DNA of 63,995 nt, counting the filler, from Stramenopiles sp. TOSAG23-2 (taxonomy: Eukaryota): assembly GCA_900128395.1 (NCBI GenBank). It is 7 parts of 7 records of this genome, joined end to end, with 100 filler letters (N's around TTAATTAATTAA, not from the genome) between each part and the next. Parts side by side here need not be neighbours in the genome. Positions count along the whole stretch, not along the records: positions 1 to 27,742 come from LT649411.1; positions 27,843 to 55,552 come from LT649412.1; 5 more parts are not named here. The stretch is one strand, 5' to 3'. Position numbers and translations under genes: made by a program. Each line of letters opens with the position of its first letter. The stretch's first letter is position 1. This document shows, piece after piece, positions 20,386 through 31,000 of the stretch. The notes beneath the pieces are model-generated. The model was not told where the DNA came from, ran no database searches, and worked only from the letters and a program-made list of their open reading frames with translations.

Positions 20386-20860
20386 GTTTATATCTTGAAA
20401 TATAAAGACGTCGATTGTTATATTATGTATATCTACTTCATCTACTATACGACAATTATTGTTTGTAATACTCTATATTTGTGGTAGTATATATATATAT
20501 AAGTTAAGATTCCATAGTAATAAGAACGGCTAAATTGAGTATTTTTCGATATAGCATACATACAGCACTAGGAACAGAGATTTTAAGGGAAACCATGATG
20601 ATAGTTATTCCAGTATTATATAACCAACCATCAGTGTTTATTTTTTTTGTATATTATTTTATTGCACTAACAGACTTTCTTTACCAGGTACTACTATATA
20701 TATAGTATAATATATATTTTCCCAATTTGAAAAACAAACAAACAAAATATAAATTTTAAATAATAGATTGTACATAATAAAAAAAAATTCTTAACTAACA
20801 ACAACATACGCTCTAAACAATACTTAAAATAATACATTCTTCGTTCTCTCAAAAAACAAG

Positions 20861-22222
20861 ATGTGGAAAAAATTCATTCTATCGTTAGTTTCAACGATTG
20901 TATTGTTAACATGTTTTATTAATAATTGTAATTGCGCTATTATTCAAGACTCGCCATTAATACTAGATGGAAATTTCGATAATAGTAATGGTCCACCAAT
21001 TAAACTTGGTTTTAATCCAATGGCAACAATTTTACATCCAAAAAATAACGAATTTGTGACGGATTTTTTACTTGACTTGAAATTACATTTTGATTTAAAA
21101 CATCCGTTTGTAAATAGAGTAACTGATGTTTGTATTGGTATGCGAATGCTTCGTGGCAAGAATGGTAAAAGTGAAGATATATCTACTTGTGAAAATAATA
21201 TACAACATTTTAGAAGCCAGGCAAATGGTATAAAAGCAAAACTCGAACAAATGGAAATTGAATTGCCATTTCGTGGATATTATATCATTGAACTTGCAAT
21301 GTTTCATAATAACGAGATTTTACACAATGTTATACATAATTTTTCATATGGTATTGCTGGTAACTGTGAAAACACTTTACAGAAACGTGAGAATTTTATT
21401 ATGACAAAAGTTGAGCATAATAACTATGGTAATGATCCACGGAATATTTTACAACTTCATCCATTGTGTTATGATTGGTATGGAAATAATTTAAATAATT
21501 TAGAAAATCTTGATGTATTATCAAGTGCATCTACATTTCGTGGTTCTTTTGGTGTTGATTATACTTCACAATTGCAAGGTAATGGTGATATAGCAATGTT
21601 AAATTTTGTATTAGCACGGCATCCAAGAATTTTAAATATTGTAGAATTAGGTACCTTTGCTGGAATAACATCATTGCATTTAGGTATATCAATGAGTTTA
21701 CGCAATAATGGACATTTTGATACATTCGATGTGCAAGATCATCGACCATTTAATGTGAAAAAAATCTTTACTAACATGCAAGATACAATGCAATTCCAAA
21801 TTGCAGATTTTATTAATTTACAACCATTGCAAGTTACTGATAAAGTATCAAATGCAGATTTAGTCTTTATAGATTCATCATCAAATGATCGAGATGGAAA
21901 AAAATTAGCAATTGCATATGGTAAAATCATGAGAGTTGGTTCAATTATTATAGTATCTCATTGTCCTGGGGAAAGTAATAATTTAAATGAATGGATGAAT
22001 GATATGGCTAAGATAGCTTTTACATATAAATATCACGATGTGATAGCGAATAAAAATGTCGTTAGCAGTTTTGGTATTTTTGAAAAATATAATAGTGAAG
22101 ATGAAGCTAAAGTAAAATTATGTGAAAATCCATTTTTGAATTGTCAAAAAGTGCAACAACCTGGACAACAACAACAACAACAAGGACCGAAAGTAACATC
22201 CCAGCCAATGGTGCGTGTTTAG
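20861..22222 (+). CDS. Secretory-pathway class I SAM-dependent methyltransferase (Methyltransf_24-like)
   Basis: Signal peptide; IVELGTFAGITS motif I; DTFD and DLVFIDS motifs. Confidence 0.75.
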   Translation: MWKKFILSLVSTIVLLTCFINNCNCAIIQDSPLILDGNFDNSNGPPIKLGFNPMATILHPKNNEFVTDFLLDLKLHFDLKHPFVNRVTDVCIGMRMLRGKNGKSEDISTCENNIQHFRSQANGIKAKLEQMEIELPFRGYYIIELAMFHNNEILHNVIHNFSYGIAGNCENTLQKRENFIMTKVEHNNYGNDPRNILQLHPLCYDWYGNNLNNLENLDVLSSASTFRGSFGVDYTSQLQGNGDIAMLNFVLARHPRILNIVELGTFAGITSLHLGISMSLRNNGHFDTFDVQDHRPFNVKKIFTNMQDTMQFQIADFINLQPLQVTDKVSNADLVFIDSSSNDRDGKKLAIAYGKIMRVGSIIIVSHCPGESNNLNEWMNDMAKIAFTYKYHDVIANKNVVSSFGIFEKYNSEDEAKVKLCENPFLNCQKVQQPGQQQQQQGPKVTSQPMVRV

Positions 22223-22412
22223 GAAAAAGTACGAAAAGTACTTTTTCGGTAGAACACAGGAAACAAAAAAATAAAACACAGCTTTTTAACATGATGGTAC
22301 ACACAGCTTTTTATATATATTATTTTAAATAATATATTTAAAAAAAGAAATTATTATTACACACACACACACGCACACACAATTTTATACGAAGCCGTAC
22401 CCCCGTGTGTTC

Positions 22413-22449
<37 letters not shown>

Positions 22450-22456
22450 TTTTTTT

Positions 22457-23864
22457 TTACAAACTCGATTTTAATTTCTTTGCATACGGACCTGCCGGTG
22501 GCGGTACTGGGCCATTTTGGACTTGTAATTTTTCTCTTTCATTAGCTGTGAAGCCTACCATTGCGAGCACTTCATCGGAATTTTCACCAAGAAGTGGTTC
22601 ATGCCAAGATTCACTTTCATCTGGTAATTTGACGGAAGTTTGGCTATATCTTGTTGCTGGTGCAACAACTGTCATTTCACCCCATTCACGATGATTAATT
22701 TTTGTTAAATATTTATTATCAAACAAATGTTTACCAACGGTATCATTTTCATCTCCGATTTCACCATACCTATCATAATATATATATATATTTGTTGTGT
22801 GCATATATATTATAGTGTGTTAGAGAGAAAAAATTCAAATGCTAAATATATGGAAAAATAAAAGTTACTTACGTTGCACATGGAGCCATAGGGACACTAT
22901 TTTTTGTTGCTAAATTTAACCAATATTCTCGTGTATTTTTAGCAATTTCACGTCCTATTTCATTGATAAAATCCTGTTTATTTTCACTTCCACGTATTAA
23001 TGGAAACTTTTCATACAATGGATTTGTTGCTAAATCTGGACGGTTGATGACATGATTACAAAATCTTTGAAATTGTGCTTTTTGAGCCATTGATATAATT
23101 ATCCATTTCTTATCTCCTGTCAATTGTAATTGTTGAGAATGCGCTGCTGCTGCACCTGGTTCCTTTCCATTATCTCGTTGACGCTTGTTTTTAATACTAC
23201 CTTGTAACGTTGCTCGTTGAAAATTTAATGTTGCACCAACTTGTGAAGTCAATACTTGCTGACCGATTCCATTATTTTTCTCACGTGCATACAACGCTGC
23301 TAAAATTGAAGAATAAAAATTCATAGCACCAACTTCATCGGAAAATGTCCATGGTAATACACGGGGTCGATGAGATGGTCCTCCTCCATTCCAAACTGCT
23401 GCACCTGAAAATGCTTGTGCTACGGCATCATAAGATGGTCTTGTTGCCCAATCTCCATCTGGACCAAATCCAGAATTTGCTGCAAGAATTATTCCAGGAT
23501 TCCACTTGGAAACAACTTCATATGGATATCCTAACTTGTCTAATACACCTGGTCTAAAATTTTCACACATAACATCAGCCCATTCGACTAATTTTTTCAT
23601 AACCGTCTTTGCGTCTTTATGTTTCAAATCGATTGTAATTGATTTTTTACCACGATTAAATGCCATTAATCCATCTGATCTTGAATTTGGCCCTGCAAGG
23701 AACCTTACACCATCACCAGTTTTTGATTCAACTTTAATAATTTCTGCTCCATAATCTGCTAACATTGCTGTTGCGGAAGGCCCATTTTGATATATTGTTA
23801 GATCAAGAACTTTCACCCCTGCTAATGGACCACCAGTCGTGCCATTTTTAATATTATGCGCCAT
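22457..23864 (-). CDS. Family III CoA-transferase (CaiB/BaiF); 2 exons (23864-22873, 22769-22457)
   Basis: GPLAGVKVLDL, LADYGAEIIKVE, NRGKKSI, ENFRPG, YD..QA and PLLGEN motifs; intron 22872-22770 GTAAGT..CTAAC..TAG keeps frame. Confidence 0.93.
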
Positions 23865-24585
23865 CGTGTAATTTACTTTGTTGTACCGATTACTTTTTTT
23901 GTATATATATGTTATGCGTGATGAACTACTATCCTACAAACGTTTTTTGTTTTATATCATTTTACTTTCTTATAATTGTGCAAAAAGAAATACTTATTAT
24001 ACAGAGTACTATAATAAACATATGGTAAAAGGGTGGACGGTCAATTATCAATTATGTATAAGGTTCTATGGTACTCTTGTAAGCAGATATAGTTGATTGG
24101 ATTGGATTGCCTTAAGCCTTGTACAAAAAGGGTAATAATTCTATATTTATAAAAATATTATATCTTCTTTCAACATAGTATTATTACCTATTACAGTACT
24201 ATCTCATTAAAAGATATCTTCCGAATACATGCAAAGTTTTTGTATCTTTTAAGGATTTAATTATATTTTAGTATATAGTGCTGTATGTATGCTATTGCTC
24301 AGAATAATTTAATTTTATAGCACGAATAATATAATAATTAGAAAAAATATTAATTCAATTAAAGCATGCTGCTAAACTTGTTTGTTGCTGCAAAAAAAGG
24401 CAAAAGGCAACTAGAAGATAATAATGTATAGACTAGATATTAGAGAATATGGATAGATAGATAGATAGATAGATAGATAGACATAAACGAACATATATAT
24501 ATACATATATATAGAGAGAGAGCGATCGACAAACATATATATTACAGCAAGTGCTATAATAGCAGATATAAATAAAAAATAAAAG

Positions 24586-27022
24586 ATGGGTGCACAATTA
24601 TCGTATTTATATTCAACAATCGTATATCCTACATTGAAATATGGGACATATGCACTATCATCATATCTTACTTTCCTCCTATTGCGATTTTACATTTATG
24701 ACCGTACATATGAAAAAGAACCCCCACCAAAATCAATGAGTAAAACTGTTTTAAAGAAAATTAGAGGGAAAGGAAAAGTACAAGAATCACTTAAAACATC
24801 GCCAAAACCAACAGTGCAACTCTCCACAGTGAAAAACGATACAATTATTACGGGGCAAATTTGGGAAGAAATTTTGCGTGCTGGGTTTGTCTATTTGAAT
24901 CAAAATCACGAATATTGTAATAAAATCAATGTATTTCCAGTTCCAGATGGGGATACTGGTAAGTTTTTAAAATTCTATTCCCCTAAACCTAAAAAAGATA
25001 ACCTCTCTAACACATCACTCATGCACAGGGAATAACATGGTAATCGGGTTACGTACTGCAGTGAGAAATCTATCGAAAACAGATACCGAAGCTGCTAAAA
25101 AGTCCATTGGTGATGTTAGTGATAAATTTGGAATTGATGTTTTATTATCAGCGCAAGGGAATAGTGGAACAATTTTATCATTTCTTTTTAAAAATTTAAA
25201 AAGTGAATTAAAAGGTAAAAAAGACATCAAAGTTGAAGAAATGTCAAAAACTTTAGCTGATATTGGATCTCGTGCCATGGAAAATGCAATGGCAAAAGCA
25301 CAACGTGGTACATTACTTTCCGTATTAGAAGTAGGTACTTTGAAACAGCAAGAAAAAAAGCCCACTACCATTTTACAATTGATTAGATATTGGTATGATG
25401 AAAGTTTGAAATCATTATTAAATACACCAAATGAATTAATTGTGAATAATAAAAAAATACTTAAAGATGCAAATGTTGTTGATTCAGGTGCACAAGGTTT
25501 AGTATTTTTTATCCAAGGAATGTTAAATGCTTTAAGTGATAAGCTTGTTTATGATGATTACTTAGGTGTAAGCTCGCTCCCTGATCGTGCTATATTGGAT
25601 AATATTGTCAATAAACAAACAAATAATTTAACAAATCTAGATGATGTGGATGATTCCGATTATGAAAGCAATAGCCATTCGTCTCATGGCAACTGCCAGA
25701 ATCATGGTGTAGAAGATTTTGCCAATCAGAAATTCAAATATTGTACAGAAGTTGTATTTGAATTTAAAAATCGCAATTTAATGGAAGAAGAAGCAAAAAA
25801 TCAATTGGAATCTGCTGTCAATGATTTGGGTGATTCAATCGTACCAGTAGTGGTTACAATTGTGGAGGATCAAACAAATGATGAAAGATTTTTATTAGGA
25901 AAATTACATATACATGCAAATGATCCTGAAACTGTATTTAAACAAGTACGTAAACTTGCGTTTAATAATACATTGATTAAAGAAAAGTCCGATAATATGA
26001 GAGAGCAAGTTGCCATGGAAAAATTGTCTTTGCCAGCGGTGGAAAAAAATCGAAACGTACAATTAGTAGGATTTGATTATATTTTGCCGTCAAAATTTAA
26101 ACGAGAAGGAATTTATAAAAAATATATCACTGGTATTAAAATTGTAGAAGAAAATGATACGCATTTATTGGAACATGATACGATGACAATGAATGCTATT
26201 AAATTTACAAATAGCTTGCGATTACAAGAACCCAAAAAAGTTGGTACAGGTGCACCTTCTGCAGAAGTGTTTAAACAGAAATTAAATTCTATTTTAGATG
26301 AAGGGATAAAAGAAATTTTAATTCTAACTGTTCCGCGCAAAGGTTCGAGAGGATTATTTAATTGCATTAAAACAGCAATTGAGGGGCTTGATCCAGAAAA
26401 ACAAAAAAGAATCAAACGGATGGTATGTCAAGAGAGTATGGATTTATTGTCATTACGTGGATGGGAATTAATTGCTGATGGTAGTGTAAATTCAGCGGAT
26501 GAATTAGCGAAAGAGTTAAGATCTCTTCATGATTCTGTTTTTCAAACTTCCACACTTCGAACGTTGGATGGGTGGGTAAAATGGGGAAGGATCAATGAGT
26601 TGAAAGGTACATTGTACTGGGTGCTAAGAACTGTCATTTATTTTAACATGAGTTTAACAACATTGGCAACAGTATCAACGCCAAGTGATGTTGAAGAAAT
26701 AAATAGCAAAATGACAAAAATTGTAATGATTCGTCGACGTAATTATGAAGAACAAGGAGTTCGATCCATGGTTGATTTTGCAAAGAAAAAATGCAAGGAG
26801 GGAACAAAATATAAATTTTTAATGTTTCATCCGTCTGGATGTTCTCATTATATTGAAGATACTGTGAATGCATTGCAAAATGAACTGCCAGAAGGTACGA
26901 TAGATACGATGTATTACGCTGACATCGGTGGTGCTATCGCCGCAGCAGGGCATATTGATATGATTGGGTTTAAATTTTGGCCAGCTAAAGATGCAAAAGG
27001 TCGTAGGTTTAAATTGTCTTAA
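24586..27022 (+). CDS. DAK2-domain (FakA/YloV-like) - DegV (FakB-like) fusion with N-terminal membrane anchor; 2 exons (24586-24958, 25029-27022)
   Basis: INVFPVPDGDTG|NNM restored across a 70-nt GTAAGT..CTAAC..CAG intron; AQGNSGTILS, VVDSGAQG, KYCTE, LGDSI and LHIH motifs; diverged DegV-like TGAPS and GRI. Confidence 0.85.
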
Positions 27023-27742
27023 AGAAAAAAGTGTTTTTAAATAAAAATATAATATTCGGTAACTGCTGGCCGAGAGATTATTTCTCTCTCTCTCTCTCTC
27101 TCAATGTGTGTGTATTAATATTTCAAAAGGGAGATTTTATTATTTTTATTACCGTGTATTTATAAAGAAATTTTACTTTTTGATGAAATGTTAAAAAATG
27201 ATCATTTTTTTACAACTCTTTGAAAAGATTTTACCAATATTTTTCCCTTGCCTCATATTGTTGTGCTTTATAAATACCATCCATGCCATTATTTACAGTA
27301 CAGAACATTAAAAGCTTGTGGCATTCTGGCATTCTTTATCCATTATAATATTTCTAAATATATGTGTCGTCGCAAATATAATATGTCACATATAGGGAAT
27401 ATACTTTTTATAATTAATATTGTAATAGTAAGTGTAAAAATAATTACTCAGTAACCTAAAAAATATCGACATGGACGAGAAGACGACTTAAAAAAAGAAA
27501 AAAAAAAGGCCGCCATCAGTCGCCAGTCGCCAGTCGCCACACAGTAACAGATAGAAGCCAGGTAAGCCAAAACACCACAATTATTATTCACACAAAAAAT
27601 CACAAGTTACTATTCTAACTATACTACATAAAATAATATGACTGCACAACGACTGGAAATTATATTCATACATATATACATAGACATATATATATTGCTG
27701 ATCCAAGTGTTAACGATGAGTGTACGTATTTATTTATTTATA

Positions 27743-27842
27743 NNNNNNNNNNNNNNNNNNNNNNNNNNNNNNNNNNNNNNNNNNNNTTAATTAATTAANN
27801 NNNNNNNNNNNNNNNNNNNNNNNNNNNNNNNNNNNNNNNNNN
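27743..27842. other. Artificial contig spacer
   Basis: N44-TTAATTAATTAA-N44 (stops in all six frames). Confidence 0.98.
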
Positions 27843-28096
27843 ATACTAGTGGAGCCTAAGTTTAAAAAGGTATTTTCAATGTTTTTCCTTTGTTTTCTTG
27901 TAATGAAATGAAAAATCCATCATCATAACGATGAAATAGAAGAATTTTGGTTGAAAATGTTGAAAATGATGAAATTTGATGAAAAATATGCGAGTTGTAA
28001 TGCTATGTAGTGCTAAATAATATTATTTTTTTTCTAATTCTATATAAGAGTCACTAATCGATTTTTAACAAATTTAAATTTAAATCATATGAATTG

Positions 28097-31000
28097 TCAA
28101 TACTCTTCTTCATCCAATTCAATCTGTGGTGGATCAGGTATTGTTATTTCAGTGCCAAAAACTTTATCTTTCTCCCATCGATACACAATTTCCCTTGGTT
28201 TAAGATCAACGACACCATGATGCGATCGCAAGAGAGATGATAAATAATTTGAAAATGCTCGGCAAAAATCTTTACAAATAGACCAAACGGCAGAGACTCG
28301 TATTGATGAATTGTTTGTCATAAACTGGAAAAACCTATCTTTCTGACTTAATGCAACTGCTGTCATTTGCTTATAAGTTACAAACGTAACCATCCTGCCA
28401 GTTTTACGCTTTAATATAAATACACCATTTGCATTGACAATTATGAATGAGCGAAATTTCTTAATGCGTCTATGTGATTCGATTGCCACTGTCAAATTAT
28501 CAAACCTTGTGCCTCCATAAAACGGAAAACTTTTAACATATTGTATAAATGCAGTTTGAAAATATTCAGAATTATATGTTTCTGACTTGCTGAAAGTCTT
28601 GACAAAGTCTTGCATACGAACACTCATCATACTTTTCGCTCCTTCAATCCTCAACGTTTTCAACGGAACACACATTTTTAACGTTCGATACATTTCTGCT
28701 TTATCCATCAACTTTGAATTATTTTCATTAAATAGGCAATGCAATATGGATGCTATGAACGCATATGATTCCATTGAAATCGTATGTTTCCCTTCTTTTA
28801 AAGTATTTAATATATGAAAATATATAAGTCGATCCGTGCCAAGGCGTGCAAAACTCGTTTGGTTGAGTTTTTCTACAGCGCTGAATATCGGCTCATTCCG
28901 CAATATACTATATGGTACTAGAGCTAAACGTTGTACATAACCTGTTGATCTAACTGGTAATAGAACTTTTCTCGCCACCATGTATTGTCCACATGCCCAT
29001 AAAACGTCTTCTTCCGGTTTTAACATACTAGCATACGGGCCTCTTACCGCATCTTTTGTTATGCGAGAGCTGTTTCTCCCAGTTTTATTGTATTCATCAT
29101 TTAGAAAATGCAAGCTTAAATTTCTCCACCTTAAAACATCTTGTTCTTCGTTTGCACATATATCCTCCAATAATTGAGCGGCAGATGTGAAGGACAATAC
29201 TTTATATTCATGCCAAGAATTATCTGGAAACAAAACTTGTACCACTTTTGGAGATTGTAAACTAAACTCAAAAAATCTCTCAGACGCTTCACATGGTTCA
29301 AAAAAATAGTCATAATTACTTAAAATTGTTGCACAAAAACGTGCAATGCGATAGACTATTTGTAAGTCTCGCCCCGGTTGTTGAAAAAGGTATGTCGCCT
29401 GAGTAAACACAAAATGCTTTAATGTAGGAAGAAAGTTTTTGTCTATGTGTCTTGTTCTCAACCATACTGACATCATTTCCCATCCTGTTTCCAATTCTTT
29501 TGATGATGGATTTTTTCTTAATAATTTTGCTAGCTGAATGAACATTTCTTCCGAGAATTTTTTAGACGCCAACGATATTCTAGATGCTAACAAGCGCATT
29601 GTCGAAAAATATGATGGCGACCGCTTTGTACGCTGAATGCCAGTTCGAATCTTATTGAAAATTAAAACTGCTTCGTTTGATTCCCATTCACTTAACATGG
29701 TTAAAGATGTCGGTATCCCTGCTCTTGTAAACGACAACATTTGTTGTGAGTAATCAACCATATGTAACCCAATTTGCTTATTAGAACCGCTTCTAAATTC
29801 CATTGTTGCCCTTAAATTTTCCCAACATTCAAGTCGCAATGGGCTATCTGCTCCTAAACCCATTAAATATTTTTCTTCCATGCGAGATGCTGGACCATCA
29901 AGAGTAAAATTGCAATAAACAAAATATCCATCAGCTCTTCCAGTTCGAACCTCTTCCACAGCGGATAGAATTTTAGCAATATGTACAAAGTCATTGTCGA
30001 TATTCCACGCTTTTGCATTTAACAATGATTCATCAAAAAGGCTGGACAATGCACCATCGCTACATGCAGCCATTTTCAATTGCAATTTGACATACCTTTT
30101 GCGCTTCTTTGCAGACGACAAAGATTGCTCTTCCGATTGAATAATTGCCGAAGTTATTTCCCAATGCTTCTTTAAATCTAATAGATTGACTGCATCTTCT
30201 AGTTCGTTAAGCAAATGTTCTTCATCCTTGACGTCATCATCATCATTATTATCTTCAGAAGGTTGTCCTGCCAACAAACTAGATTGATCTTCTAACATCC
30301 TACCTTTTTCATCATAAATATTACCATCTTCATCAAGGAAATTTTGTTCATTCTTCTCGACTGTCTTCATATCTTCCGATGTCCCTTTATCTTTTGTTTT
30401 TGCATCGTCGATCTCTTCTCCATTGTACCATGAAACGACATGTTCGAAAGGTAAAAAAGAACCATTAGTTAATACTGGAATTCTATTGGCAAACTCTAAC
30501 AATTCCCTGATACGAGCCAAAACTTCCTGGCTCCGTTCTAATGAATTTATATCGTGCTTTATAACATCATCAAAACCCTTTAAATTCTCGATCGTTTCAA
30601 TGATTTTAACTAAATAACTGGTGTGCTGAACAATTTTAACTCCATGCTTATACATAGGTAAACTTAACATCCTCTCATCTCCATTTTCCAAAAAATTTAT
30701 CAATTTTGTTAAATTACAAGTTGTAACACATGCTTTTAAACAATACTCAACCGCATGATCTTTTGCAAATTTAGAATGGGCTTCAATTGCCTTATCCCAC
30801 AACATATTATGGTTTGAAATTTTAACTTGCGCAGCATAAAATAACGATGATTCAAGATTAACAAGAACGCCACGATTTAAATCAGCTATGGCAATAGAAT
30901 CACGCAACAAATCCTGTGCTGTTCGCAATTTTTTCATTAATTCTTCGCATGCTAGTAACAATGGCATAAACTGCTCTTGATCGCTGTCCTCATCAATATT

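Noticed and set aside
27743-27842. Palindromic TTAATTAATTAA flanked by Ns, six times in the window
   Set aside because: Identical 100-nt artificial contig linker; adjacency across these gaps has no biological meaning.
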